DNA of 63,051 nt, filler included, from Platydemus manokwari (GCA_037951405.1; 6 parts of 6 records of this genome joined end to end with filler, not necessarily neighbours in it), one strand, 5' to 3'. Shown: positions 1 through 14,139, counted from the whole stretch's first letter. A program made the numbers and translations. The notes: generated from the sequence alone by a model not told the origin.

Positions 1-2537
1 TATAATTTGACTAATTAATCATGTTACATGGTTCGCACTAACAGGTATGCATGTAAAACTTTATAATTTATAATTGCTTTTAAACTATACATGCATATCA
101 TATTATATTGAAAATATTTCTATTAGCATTTCAGATAAATCAAAAATACTTTTTAAAATCATACATATCAGAAAACCGATCAAAATGGAAAATAATGAAA
201 TAATAAATGAGATTCTGAAAATCAAAACAAGTAAAAATCCCATAAAATCCAAATACAAAGTCTGATCTCAATCCCATGGACACATTAGAAAGATTATTTG
301 TTATAATATTAATCATATTATATGAGCAAAATTAAACGAAAACATCTAATACTGATTTATCTTTGATTAGAAAGCAGAACGGCTGTAAAATTAATTTGCA
401 TAATCTGTTTTCAAAAGCGAATATGATTTACAGAAATTAAAAAGTAATAAATATTTACAATCTTTTCTTACAAATTTCTAAACATATTATAATTTATGCT
501 TGACTCGACACAAATGAATAATTTCTATTGATTTCATTTATTGATTAAATACTTGAAAATTATTTTTGTAATGGAAATAATTCATATACGTATAATATTT
601 GTTGAATTATAAAAATTAATTCATACAGGTATAATCAGATCATGACAATTGTGTTTTTAAAGAACATAGTACACTATGCACGACTCGAATCTTTCTGTAG
701 ACATTCTATAAATTTCAAATAAACCAGTAACACATTGTTAAACCAGTAAACTGTATTGATAAAATTACGCCAAAATCCAGACATCCCAAAAAATCCGAAT
801 CACATTGTAAGTCAAGTTAAAAATGAACTTAACAATGAAACTACTGTACTTGATTAAAAATCATCTATTGCATATAATGTGAATCAAATACAACACGGAA
901 ATAATTGAGATTTTTATCAGAAATGTTTATAATTATCATTGTAAATATTTACCCAACTATGATATGTCACTGCCCTTAGTAGTTTTTCGATAATTAAAAT
1001 TTACGATTATGATTTAATTATAATTTATTTCCCCAAAAAATATCTCTTCATAAAACTGAAATATAAAAACGACATTTCAAATCAGAAATAGCTCAGATTT
1101 CTCGCTAATAAATTTGACTGTGTTGAAATCACGTGATTACAAAAAATGACGCGATTCCAATATTAATACTAATTTTCAAAAAATTTTGTTCTGCGAATAT
1201 GCATTTATTTCCTAGATCAGAAAATTCTAGCCCATAATCTTCATAAAATATGACAATTATTTGTAATCATTGGTTTCTACCAATAATGATTATTTTTATT
1301 CGGCGAAACCAAAAACAGAAACATATTTTATAATATTCACCACACTACCAATGATTGATGACTAATCTAACAGTAGTAATTTAATAAAGCAAACCGATGA
1401 ACTGTTGTTATCAACAATTTTCATATTTTATTACATGAAACCAAATCAATATGCTTCAAGACTTTAATAAAGAATTCTTTTTTATCATTCATCAAATTTC
1501 TGTCAACATTGAACGAATCGAGCTGACAAAAAAGCGAACGATTATTATTCGGAATTAATTTTTTGTTTGTGTTCGTTTTTCCATTAGTTTTCCAAACACA
1601 AATCCGATAAAGTCAGATTGAAATAATGTTTGTATGAGAGAGAAATTTGAAATAAAATTCGATCAAACAAACAAACAAAAAAAATCATCAGAAAAATTCA
1701 ATAACAGAATTTTTGCTATTGATATACTTATTGACATCTGCCAATCAAATCAAATAATTCGTATTTTAATGATTATATCTGACATTGAGCACAATCATAT
1801 GAAAATCAAAAAATCAAACGAGTGAAAAGAAGCAAAAATTGTCAGCATTATTTTGAAGCGTACATAAATTCAGAAATTAAATTTGTATTAATAAAAATTG
1901 TTGTCTGGATGAATAATGAAGTCATATATTTTGCACGGGAAATGCTTGCGGCACAAGTGTATGTGCACACAAGTGAATATAAATCACGTCAAATGTTAAA
2001 ATATACAAATAAATCTTTTCCTATCTCACTAGAAATTTGGTGCAGTATTGATTTGAAGTCATAGAAAATTATACCATCAGTAAATTTGAAAAATGAAAGG
2101 TGGCGAGAATAGAGAGGTCTGTACATATATTGATGTATACATATATATTAATCACAAACCAATTTATCATCAAATACACAGACATCACAAGTGACAAGCA
2201 TCAAAGTGATGTGGCTAATAATATTGGTTCAGTTAAAAAATTTTTTTCAAAAATCTCGGCATAATTCATATTTTAGCTGTTTCGAATTTTAAAAAACTCG
2301 AAAATCCGCATCACATAAAATTTCACTGAAATCAAATAGAACTCGCGATTTCATTAATTATTAGACTAACATAATAATCTGTTCGTGTGATTTTCTATAT
2401 ATCTTGCGATTTTCCAACATATTGTAATATAAAAGCAGACGGTCAACTAAAACCATATGGTGAAATAATAATAATTTTTTATCACTGATAGTATATTTTG
2501 AATGAAAAATCATATCGTGCACATTCAGATTTATTTA

Positions 2538-2744
2538 CCGTATTTTCCGGACTATAAGGAGCACCCTAAACATGAGTTGACTGATTAATACATCAAATTA
2601 AAAATGTATAGCAAGATTTATTGCTCTTCATCATCTAAAATGTCACATTCGTTTATATTAACATCATCACGATCTTTTTTTTAATATTCCAGCCTTAATA
2701 AATTATAAAAATTTTGTTTGCTCCTTATAGTCCGGAAAAAACGG
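2538..2744. mobile_element. Tc2/pogo-type MITE (207 bp)
   Basis: 26-bp TIRs: CCGTATTTTCCGGACTATAAGGAGCA on the left and TGCTCCTTATAGTCCGGAAAAAACGG on the right (1 mismatch). TA flanks both ends. No coding capacity. Confidence 0.85.
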
Positions 2745-5139
2745 TATATAACAAAGTATATGAATTTCGTTGCTGATTTTCTTTAAAAGACTATGTTACA
2801 TTAATTAGGCAGAGTGCAAGCTTTAATTTCGTTCTGTGTTATTAGAAACACCCGAGAACGTCGACAATAAAATCATAAAACCTGACGAAAAATAGACAAC
2901 CGAACACATTATTTTCAACAAATCAAATAAATCCTTATTATAAAAAATTGAAGTTCATTTAATTTTCAATTGATTCTACTGACTTGAATATCGATATTTA
3001 ATAATAAGAATACCAATTAAAACAAACCATACCATTTCAAATTGAAAAGGATCTTTGAAAAGTCATTTAACGGAACGAAATATAGAATAATAATAATAAC
3101 AATAATAAAAGGATAAAATTTCCATCAAATAATTCAACAATACGTGAATAGAACATAATAAATCAATTGTATTTTTATGCTCGCAAATTGAGAACAAGAA
3201 ATTTTTTTAAAAAAAACTATGCGGGTTTCAGTCGGATTGACATAATAAATAATGATATTTATGAAAACAACATTAAAATTTTACAACAGTTAATTATAAA
3301 TAATCACTTCTGAAAAAAGAACGGTCATCTTTTAATTGAACTGAACTATTAAAAAATAAAATTTATTATGCTTCAATATTTCATTGAAGTATGATTGACA
3401 CATTGTAAGTTAATTTGGTTTACATGAATTGTTGAATAGCGTCGACTACATATAGATTATTAGTAAGTGAATTATGATTTGTAAACAAATAATTTGACCA
3501 TATAAACATAAAATTTATCATTTCCTTTTTTCTGACTACATAATGCGGTGGGAGATAAAATGACAGTGTCGACAAATTGTTCCAATAAAAAAAATGCCCA
3601 AATGAAATAATAAATACCTTGCCCACCATATATATCATTTGTTTTTCTCTATTAGACTCAGAATGTAATTATAATTTCATTTTTTTTCTAATTATAATTA
3701 TTTTCAATGATCAAATAATTGAATTAGAAAACAATCAGATTATTGAAATTATTTTTCCTAATTTAATTATTTAAATAATTTTTGAAATTCAGAAAATTCA
3801 AATTATTGCTTACATTGATATTGATCTTAATTTATTGACAAGAATATCATCGATATATTATAAAAGAATATTTTATCTTTTGTCTGATATTTATAAAATC
3901 AAACGAAATTTAAAAGCGTATTTCTTGGAACAAATACCGTATTGTTTAGCTTAAGAAAAATACAAACGGAAACAGACAAAATCACTGGAAATATATACGA
4001 AACATTTAATTGGCCTGATATTCGCGAAAACAAAGTTTTGATACAAAAGCACTTTAACAAGTTCAAGACTCGTGTTTATTGGATTTCTTCATTATTACGT
4101 GTGGTAATTATAAGAGGAGGACGACATTTATTCGAAGAAATATGGGATTTTTTTACAAAAAAAATTAATTTGTAATCATGTATAAGAAAAAGGATTTTTG
4201 CTAGGATATACAAATATACTAACTTTTAAATTTCTGAATAAAACACAATATCTACATAGAAAAATTGTTCACATCTAGAAATGTTTTATGAACCCGCTGA
4301 TCATATAGAAACAGAAGTGAATTAATTTTAAAATCACATGATAAAGTTTTGTTGCTGTTTAATATGATTGCAAAAAATGGACCGAGATGGAATTTATTTG
4401 CACACGTTTTATGAAGTGGTTGTATTTCTGATCTTAATAACTGGCTAAATTTAGGATATGCATAAATATATTTACCCAATAAATATGAATATAAAATTCG
4501 ACAAAGATGAAATATTTTACCTTATCGATTTACCTTTACAAAAATTTCATATATTATATTCAGATAATGCAATCTTTTATCTTATGGTGCATACACACCA
4601 ATAACAAATCACAAACTATCCGTAATAAAGGATTTATTACTTTTGATAAGATCAAGTCAACGAGTTCGGGATAAGCTTGTAATGGTAGAAAGTTCAATAT
4701 TAAAAGACAGCAATGAATTATAGTGTTTTACATTTCGAAAGATTAGTATCAAGGTTTAATTAAATATAAATTCCATACCATCTGTAAATCGACACACAAA
4801 GTTGTTGCTACAAAAAACAAAATCTAATAAATTCCATTTAACAAAATCTCATATGAAATGATTGGTGATAATATATCTCCAATATTTACTTGTTACGAGA
4901 AGAGACAATCAATGAAAGATTATCATACTGGAACAAACATGACAATGGTAATGATTAATATAATTGTCATGATAAAATGACAACAGAGCATTCTGAAAAA
5001 TGATAATGCTTACAAACAAAATATACATTGAGATAACAATAATATTTGATAGACCAATAAAGATCAATGGAACCTCGCTCATGTAAAATAATTTTAATTA
5101 TAAATTTATGTCATATACGGAATCGGTATGTCAAGTGCA

Positions 5140-5661
5140 CAGGCTGGGCCAGAAGTTACGGGGCATTGACACATAAATTATTCAACCACTCATCTAGCTT
5201 GTTTACATGTCCGTTTTTATTAAATTTAGCTTGTTTATATCTACGCGTGCAGTTTGAAATGATAAATTGAGTATTTTCATTGCAATTCAACTCTTACTAT
5301 GAAATGAGAAAAAAAACTCAGCGACTAAACAAAGATCAAAAAGTCATCGTCATCAAAGCTTTTTATAAAACTTCGAATAAATCAGAAACGTGTCATTTAT
5401 CAGAATGAGAATTTCAAAGGAATATCAAGCGTGATACTGTTTCCAAGCTTATTAAGCGGTTAGAAGATACAGATGTTCATTGATGAAGAACAGAGTTTTG
5501 AAGTGTATGGTAGTAAACGGTGGGCAATTTAAGCATTTGTAAATATAAGTATCGCTTTTAATCCATTACATCGTTGCTCATAGGTATAATATCTTAAATA
5601 AACTGAAAAGATACTTAAGCTAACATTTTTGGTATTGTCCTCTAACTTCTAGCCCATCCTG
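5140..5661 (+). mobile_element. Internally deleted Tc1/mariner-superfamily element (DUF4817-type HTH transposase remnant)
   Basis: Imperfect TIRs: CAGGCTGGGCCAGAAGTTACGGGGCA versus reverse complement CAGGATGGGCTAGAAGTTAGAGGACA. The interior encodes an HTH-like N-terminus (MRKKTQRLNKDQKVIVIKAFYKTSNKSETC...DTVSKLIKRLEDT) joined to a typical C-terminus (RVLKCMVVNGGQFKHL*). The catalytic core is missing. Confidence 0.75.
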
Positions 5662-6152
5662 TATATCGATGAAATTCAAGTTCGTATCTTTAAATAAAAA
5701 ATGTGCTTAAAACTATTGAATAAAAATGAAAAATAGAATAGAATATCGACAAACGAAAGCTTAATGATCAATACAATGTTCCATTAAATATTAATCATTA
5801 AAAATTAGCACCACATGGTAAATGATTTGTTTAATTGTTTTATAGAAGTCAATACATTTTCATATCAATACTTGATTATGTGGAAACGATTGATATGCTG
5901 CTTATTTTCGATTATAATTGTTTAATCGTTATTTAATGATCACAAAATTAGAGTTCATTCTAGAAATATTCCATAGCAATTTCTTTGGTTAAAGTTTTAC
6001 AAGAAACACAAAATTCAATTCAAGAAAATACATTGAGATTAAATTTTAAATAGTTTTGTTATGTCGCCACTACAACAATTTAATGAAGTTTTCTTGTAAT
6101 TGATTTTTAGAAAATGCTTTCAGAACCATAACGACACAGACTACAACGGTTT

Positions 6153-6659
6153 TCAATTGCAATTCAATATATTACCTAATTTCTGATTTTTAGGATCTCC
6201 CATTTGTTGAGACGGAGGTATCAGATTTCCATTATGTGTTTGAGCATTGATCATTCCTTCGGGGACACTAGAACCATTATGACACGAAAGTAATGGTTTT
6301 TGAAGCTCTTGAGTACCGATAGTCTGTTGTGTCTGTTGTGGGAATTGGTATTGCATTGGAATTGCATGCTTATCATCACAGCCTTGAATAATCATCTTAT
6401 TAGCTGTCGCTCCAACAAAGTGTCTTTGATGGTAGCCATTGTGCTTTTCCAACCAACCTGATCTAGTCCAAGGTGATCCTGGCTCCAAACGTTGAAATAA
6501 TTTGGAAAAGAAATATTTCCATGAAAGCAATGTTTTCCCACTCCATATCCAAATCCCGCTTGTTATGCCAACAATTAAACTCATCAGATATTTTATCATA
6601 AAAAGTTCAAATTCTGGTTTTTGAGAAGATATTATTGTGTTACCATCGATATTGATTAT
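6153..6659 (-). CDS. fzd1/2/7: Frizzled receptor (FZD1/2/7 group), last exon: ECL3 end, TM7, KTxxxW motif, C-tail
   Basis: Acceptor ttgtag|ATA at 6659, in frame with the 6599 [37 protein letters not shown] matches the FZD1/2/7 TM7 and the Dishevelled-binding KTxxxW motif. Confidence 0.93.
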   Translation of the reverse strand: MINIDGNTIISSQKPEFELFMIKYLMSLIVGITSGIWIWSGKTLLSWKYFFSKLFQRLEPGSPWTRSGWLEKHNGYHQRHFVGATANKMIIQGCDDKHAIPMQYQFPQQTQQTIGTQELQKPLLSCHNGSSVPEGMINAQTHNGNLIPPSQQMGDPKNQKLGNILNCN

Positions 6660-7298
6660 CTACAATTTTTTCAAATCATAAATCCATTTTTATACAGAAA
6701 AACTGAAATAATAATTTAATATATTGTTTAACCATGTATTGAAAATTCTAATATAATATCGGTGCCATAAGATGGTGACACGCAAAGCCAACAATGTCAC
6801 AATATTAATTGGAAAAATAATAAATAAAATTTTGCCATATTAAACCAGCATTAAACCTTAATAAGAAATTATAAATATTTATTGAAATTATTAGAATTCT
6901 AGAGGAAATAACACCACTACAGCAAAACTAGTGGCAGCAGAATTTTTCAATCATTATTAAATAGGTTGATAGGTTCAAAAAAAATTTAACCAATTTGGAA
7001 TAGTTTCGCTTGTTAATAATCATTAAATAGAGGAGTCTTCAAGAAATTAGCCAAATGCGAAAATGAATTCAATTATCGATTTCATTTAGATTATAGAAAT
7101 ACAATATTCCAAATCTATTTTATTATTAAATTAAGATTTCAAGATTTGGCCTAAAATTCTAGCGATATTTCAAATTTGCTGATTAAAACACATGCACACA
7201 GAGGCGGCTTTAAATATGTTGAAAATCAAACTAATTAATAATAATAATATTACACGAAAAAAATATTAATTTATCAAATAGTACAAAACAATACATAC

Positions 7299-8249
7299 TT
7301 TGTTGTGATCGAAGTTTCTCGTGCAACGTCTCCAATATTCTGGAGACCGACATATATCGACTAAATACCATCGTTGCATCCATTTAAAAAGATTCATCGA
7401 TTCGTGAAAATAACACGCAATGACAACAACAGCAGGTACAACATAGAGAACACTAAATATTCCGATTCTTGTGATCAGTTTTTCTAATTTATCCGTTTTA
7501 GATCCACCCGTTTTGATAATTGTTCTTATTTCAAACATGGAAACAAATCCAGCGATCAAAAATCCTGTTCCGATTAGCAAATAGATACAAAGAGGAGCAA
7601 TCACTAATCCTCTTAAGGTTGAAGGATCACTCAAACCGGTAAAACAAACACCAGTAAGAGGATCTCCATCTACCTTGCTCAAAGCTAAAATACCAATTGT
7701 TTTACCAGCTGGTATAGCCCAAGCAGCAAAATGAAAATACTGTGAATTTCTACCAATAGATTCGTGTGCCCAATGACATTTAGCTGCAAGATACCATGTA
7801 ATAGTTAGAACAACCCACCATATCGAGCTTGCCATTGAGAAAAAATAAAGAAGCATAAACAAAATGATGCAACTTTCAAATTTTGTACCCTGTACCACGA
7901 TTTTTGTAGCCTCGGTAGGTCTTACATCTTTATTATTAAACGGACCAGCACAAGCCACTTTATCGTCAAGAAAGAACCCTGCTACATACGTCAGCCCCAC
8001 TACCAAGTAGCAAGCCGACAAGAAAATGATTGGACGCTCAGGATATTGAAAGCGTTTCATGTCGATTAAGAATGTCAAAACGGTAAACAAAGTCGAACCA
8101 ACACAGAGAAAACTCCACAATGCAACCCAAACTCGTGCGAATTTTCGAAGATTTGGTTCATTGAAATGATAACGATTGCACGGTATTCCACAATCCCGAA
8201 TTACAGAATTCGATGCTAATCGTATTTGAAAATCATAGCTCAATGGAAC
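7299..8249 (-). CDS. fzd1/2/7: Frizzled receptor (FZD1/2/7 group), exon encoding linker and TM1-TM6; CRD exon(s) not on this contig
   Basis: Acceptor ttttcag|GTT at 8249 and phase-0 donor AAA|gtatgt at 7299. Motifs TFLIDMKRFQYPERPIIFLSACY, YFFSMASSIWWVVLTITWYLAA, YFHFAAWAIPA, VDGDPLTGVCF, KTDKLEKLITRIGIFSVLY. Confidence 0.95.
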
Positions 8250-9461
8250 CTGAAAATAACAACCCAATTAACAAATTGATGAAAAATGTAAATCATAAAT
8301 TATAATTACATATGTGAATAAAATACTTGTTTAAATAAGACGAGTGGAAATAATGTTCAATAAATGAATTTTAGTGTTTTAATTATAAAAGAACTTCGTG
8401 CATTTTAACGAATCTCATTAAAATTGTAATTATACAAGACGGGCTAAAATTTATCAGTATTTGCAGTTTTGGAAAAATTACTTGTTCGAGTAGAAAATAT
8501 TTTAGGTTTTATCGGATTGAGATTCATCAATATTTTTCGATTACAAGAGATACCAATACAATATCGACATTATTATGCAGTAATAACATATCCAGAAATT
8601 CAACACCGGGTACTTATTATGCAATGTCATTTCATATTGTCATCGATAACTTCAAATTTTTTTAACTTTACAAAATGGATTCCATGAGAAAAATGTTTGA
8701 ATCTTATTGAGAATCAATAACTTGAAAATTAAATCTCACATCATGACGCCATATTAAACAAACAATGAACCAATGTTCGGATATCACTGTTTGAAAATAA
8801 ATAATCATCTGAATAAAAGTGAAATCATAATTTTTTTAGAAAAAAAAACAATAATTAATATAATTGCTATCATTTGAAGAATTTGAGCGAAATAAAGAAA
8901 ATTAAAATTGTGAATGAAAATAACAATATTAAAAAAAAACTAGAAACAATTTCAATAAACATTTATATGGATCATTTTAATAGGTTTCCATTTATATTTC
9001 GATTAAAAAACAGATTGATTTCTAATAAAATCAAGTGTCGATGATACAGCTGATGAATTTTACGTTTCAGCACTTTAGCTCTATTGATGAAATGTAAATA
9101 GGAAGCCAAGTCTAAACTTGACATTTTTAAAATAAACATCATAAATAGTTTCAGCAAAATTTCATTACCGACCAATAATTATCAGTGAATAAAGAAAGGA
9201 TTCTTATTCCATCAATTGTATGAGTAGTACATAATCAATATCATATCATTTTCCCTTACGATATTAAGAATAAAATCGAAATTGTTTAAACGAAATTAAA
9301 AACCAAGTAGAAATCATTCTCAACAAAGCAAAACTACTTTGAAAGCCACTTGAAAATTTGATGAAAATTTTTTGCTTAGTCAAAACAGACATCAATTACT
9401 CGTAAACAATTCTTTTTTCAATCCAAAAATGATATGCAAATAAATGGTATTTGTTTGCAAG

Positions 9462-9561
9462 NNNNNNNNNNNNNNNNNNNNNNNNNNNNNNNNNNNNNNN
9501 NNNNNTTAATTAATTAANNNNNNNNNNNNNNNNNNNNNNNNNNNNNNNNNNNNNNNNNNNN
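9462..9561. other. Artificial contig linker N44-TTAATTAATTAA-N44
   Basis: Identical 100-bp cassette occurs five times; the 12-mer has stop codons in all six frames. Confidence 0.97.
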
Positions 9562-9785
9562 ATATTTTCAATTTCATGAGTTCCTAATGTTAATCTCATA
9601 GAGTTAAATAAATTTGGAAAGAAGTTATTTTCTAAAATAATATTATGATCTGCATCAGTTCTTGCTTTGCCCAATCAATATCGATATTGTATATTAAAAT
9701 TTTTTTGCAAATATATACAGGATTAGAAGTTTGTTGAGATTCAAAAACTATATCTGTTGATTTATTTAAATTAGTGGCGGTTTTG
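9562..9785 (-). pseudogene. Maverick/Polinton (adintovirus-like) double-jelly-roll major capsid protein, N-terminal fragment, frameshifted
   Basis: Minus strand reads TATNLNKSTDIVFESQQTSNPVYI, then after a frameshift LGKARTDADHNIILENNFFPNLFNSMRLTLGTHEIEN. This resembles the group-2 Maverick MCP motifs NLN..+I.+ and NN...LF.+++.L...EI(D/E). Truncated by the gap. Confidence 0.6.
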
Positions 9786-11027
9786 TCAACCTGTCCCTAC
9801 AAATGACTTTAGGTCTACTTTACGATTTAAATGTTTTTCAGGAATTCCCTTTACAATTAACTTTCTTTTAGCTATTTCGTTTTCCCAAAGGTCAAGATAA
9901 GTTATATCTTTAAATTTTTTTCCAGAAATTCCCTCTTCAGTTAAAATTTTAAAATAATTTTCAATTTCTTAAGAAGTTGTTCTTTTATAATAATTTGTAA
10001 GACTAGTAAGACCTGCAAATATTGAAACCTTTAAATTATCTGTTAATGGAATAGTTTCATCATTTTATTCTAAATAATCTTCATCTTTATATTTATAAAT
10101 TAAAAAATCATGTTTATTAATACTTATTTATTGATATTGCTCGTCTTCTGTTTCCCATAGATGTGGTTCAATTTGAGGATCTATCCATCCATAGGAACCT
10201 CCTTTCGGTTTAAAATTATTTTCCTTAATAGGTTTTCTTTTAGTGATTGGATGACTAAATTTTATATGTTTCATTGATTTATCCTACTTATCGTTAAAAG
10301 ATATTAAATTTATATCAGTTTTCTTACTTTTTAAATATTTAAGGTGATTAATTGTTTTAAGATGTTTACTAGATCTGAATTGTTGATTTGAAATTCCTGC
10401 TTTCTTTAAAACATTAAAATAATCCTCCATGTCTTCAAGAATTATTAATTCTTTATCAACATTTCCAAGAATTAAATCCAATAAACCATCTGTAATGGAA
10501 CAATTTCATTAAATAAATTTAAACAAGTTTCGTTTTTGAATTTGTGGAGTAAAAATTGTTGGCCATTGATAATTAATTTGTATATACTATTGTTTCTAAA
10601 GATGGGAAGATGGAATTGTTATGTTTAAATTTGGGGATAAATGTTTCAGGAATTATGTAGGCAGGGATTAGATTATCTCGTAAAAAAAGTTTTTTTATTT
10701 CCTTATCATTTGTATTTTTAATAATTTTGTTTTGTTTTCCTCAATTGCTTTTAAATTTTGATTCATATCTAACAAACCCTTATTAATATTTTCCTGTTTT
10801 CCCTCAATAGCTTTTAATTTTATATTTCTTTCTAACAAACTCTTATTTCCATCTTCAGTAGCTAATTCTGTAACTGGTTTTAGTAGAGGTTTAGAAAATA
10901 CTGCAATACGTTGATTTAATAAAATCTTTGAATATTGTTTTTCTTCGGCTTCTGTGTTTAATTTGTCTCTTAAATCTTTAATCTTTCTTAATTCTTCAAT
11001 CCTTTTATTTATATCAAAACCGTTCAT
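9786..11027 (-). pseudogene. Maverick/Polinton accessory ORF (coiled coil plus two DUF8207-like modules), degenerate
   Basis: TATAAAAAA-ATG start. Coiled coil with FSKPLLKPVTEL; module 1 ITDGLLDLILG...EDMEDYFNVLKKAGIS; then in frame past a TAG, module 2 IPLTDNLKVSIFAG...EIENYFKILTEEGIS; ends FVGTG*. Several stops and frameshifts. Confidence 0.55.
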
Positions 11028-13820
11028 TTTTTATACAAAATTTGAGATTATTAAAATTTGATAATGGTATTCCTTAATCAAAATAAGATTTTTGCTAAAC
11101 AGACATTCTATCGTTTACTAGAAGTCGAAATGACATTAATAGTACTTCCGAGAACCACCAAACCCAAATTTTAATATTTAAACACACGCGAATATAATTA
11201 TTTTATATTACTAACATCGAACCAGTAGCGTGGTTAAAAATGTAAAATTTCCTTTATATAACTCATGAAAATAGCAATATCATTAATATAAAAATAAAAT
11301 TTGACAAATCACCGAACTGTCTTGTAGGCTTTAACAAATAAAATATTAATAATTAAAATCTTTCGCAAAATGTACTCGATTGAGGTTTTTGAATCATTTC
11401 CAAAGAATGACAATTTTTATAATATTTGATTTCGAAATTTAACTTTTTGATTTCCTTGCTCAAATTAAGACAATCATAATCAGTGCTGACTCGTTTCGCA
11501 AGATTTTGGTATTTTTCAAAATTTTCGTTATTGATAATAAATCACAACTTTTCCCATTCCTTGTTTGAGAGGATTGTTCTTCTTTATAATCATTAGACTC
11601 CAATAAAATTGGAAATATTTGGTAAATTCCAATAGGAAAAGCAAATAAAACAATTTAGATAGCTGATATACTTCTACAATAATTTTAAGTTTGATAAAAA
11701 TTGATTTATCTATATTTAGTACAAAGCAAGTATTTTACAGATATTAAGCTAAAATCTGAACTATATAGTTGAATAATTATTATTTGAACATAGTTTAAAT
11801 TTATATTTATTTTTACAAAATAAGACTTAAATCATCTACTATCTTGATTTATTTATTTTTATGTAACTCATAGACTCACTTTATATCAATTAAAAATTAT
11901 TGACCTATATTATGGTTTCGTCAATACTCTATTTTCATCAATTATTTTTGTTTTTGTTACCAGTTTTGTTATTAGAAAATCAATTTATTGCGTTTCCATA
12001 CGACATCAATAATAGTGAAGAAATGGTTCTAATAATATTTATATCAGTGTTTATTAATAGCTTATTATTGCTTCCTGTACTATATACTCTACGACGGATA
12101 TTTATTCTGGATATTGGTTATACAAAATGACATATTTTACCATCATTACCAACCCGACCTTATTCATTTTGAACAAACAATATCCCATATCAATAATTTT
12201 CTGTAGAATAATAAAATAAATTTGGTAAATAAAGGTAATCTTTATCTATATTGTGCGATATAAGTGTATTTTTTAAACTTAATAAGTTAAGTATAAATTG
12301 GTAATAAAAATATATTAATTGTCGTGAATTTTATCGATTATAATAAAGGTTGTTTGATATTTTTTTAGCTATTGGGCTAGAAAGAATTTTTTGACACTCT
12401 TTTAGGTATTTCCCACATTATACCATATTTTATTAGAGTAGATTAAAATAATCAATATCTATTAAAAATTATTTAATAAAATATCAATGATGTAAGGCAT
12501 TTTCCGAATCGTTACTAGTTTCAAACAGAATATCATTCACATTGTTACTTAGAGTCAGATTTAATCAATAAACTGAAATTATATAATAAACATATTTTCC
12601 GGAAGACCAGAAATTAGGATTAGAACGTCGATATTCATTAAGACATAATCAATACAATTATGTGTTATATATTTGCTAATAAAAATATTTCACACCTCAA
12701 CTGAAATTCGAACCCATTTCATCCACCGTTTTATTTGATATATTATTAAAATTTATCATATCAATCTTCAGGAAACAAATGTTATATAATTTTATAAGAT
12801 TTTATATAAAATTGTATCATTAAAATAGAGATACAATTGGCCACTCAATTCCCTGTATATTACAAACAAAATAAACCAGTAATGACAAAAAATAATAGAT
12901 ATTTTATCAAGTTATTTTAATATGTAATTATAAATCATATATGTAGTCATACCCGATAAACTACCACATAAAAATGTAACCGACAATATTAATACAATAA
13001 ATGTTGCTTTAATTTCGTTTTTATTGATTTTAGAAATTTTCTCACCAATTATCTTTAATGTAAAATGATTTTTGTAAATTTTTCAAACTAAAAGAATGTG
13101 CACAATTATAATAACCGTAAGTGGAACCACTTCAGCATCAACGAAATTTTAGTACCATATGTGTATAAAATCCAACAATACATGATCGTAACCTACATTT
13201 GGTATACAAAATATGCTATTATATGTCTTGATCCATCATGTAAAACCAAGAACAATACTAGTAAAAACAATACTCGAAATTAACATTATCATCTAACCAA
13301 ATACAGCCAATCGATATCGATATTTCACTATTTTTAGAGTGGAATAAATTACCATCCATCGCTTAAAATATATCAATAAAAAAATATTCAATGGTCAGAG
13401 CTGGAGAACTCATAAAAATATTTCGATAAATATATTTGTACGATTTATCACCAAACAATTTCTAACTATTTAAATATGTTATTATGAAAGTGGATTACAC
13501 AAAAGTTTTTTAGTAACAATAATGAATAAGTGTTAATGATAAAGTCTTCTGAAATGATTGATCACTATGAAATGGAATATCAGATTCAAAGCTAATAATT
13601 ATTCCATATTATTTAACACGCTAATTTCATTTCGAAAAATTATATATTGGATTAGTGATATTTTGCATGGTCTGTCAAAATGATAACATGACAGTGATTT
13701 CCTTTATTTGTTACACTATGTGATAACCAGTGGTTTGGTATTTTTAAATTTTAAAAAAATGTATTCAATTTTTTAGTAATAAAATCAGTGGTAAAAACAA
13801 ATTATATTTTACAATCAATG

Positions 13821-14139
13821 AGTATATCTACAAAGTATATCTACAAAGGTATATCTACAAAGTATATCTACAAAAGTATATCTACAAAAGTATATCTACA
13901 AAGTATATCTACAAAGGTATATCTACAAAGGTATATCTACAAAAGTATATCTACAAAAGTATATCTACAAAGGTATATCTACAAAGTATATCTACAAAAG
14001 TATATCTACAAAAGTATATCTATAAAAGTATATCTACAAAAGTATATCTACAAAAGTATATCTACAAAGGTATATCTACAAAGGTATATCTACAAAAGTA
14101 TATCTATAAAAGTATGTCTACAAAAGTATATATACAAAA
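13821..14139. repeat. Minisatellite, about 22 copies of a 14-15 bp unit AAA(A/G)GTATATCTAC
   Basis: Directly visible tandem array with a variable A-run length and a few substitutions. Confidence 0.95.

Noticed and set aside
1-5100. Short ORFs in the first 5 kb
   Set aside because: No recognisable motifs or consistent splice structure; composition matches AT-rich intergenic DNA downstream of the Frizzled gene.
9506-9517. TTAATTAATTAA as a recurring biological motif
   Set aside because: It is always centred between 44-N runs, so it is an assembly linker.
13821-14139. CRISPR-like array
   Set aside because: The repeats are contiguous with no unique spacers, there are no cas genes, and the context is eukaryotic.
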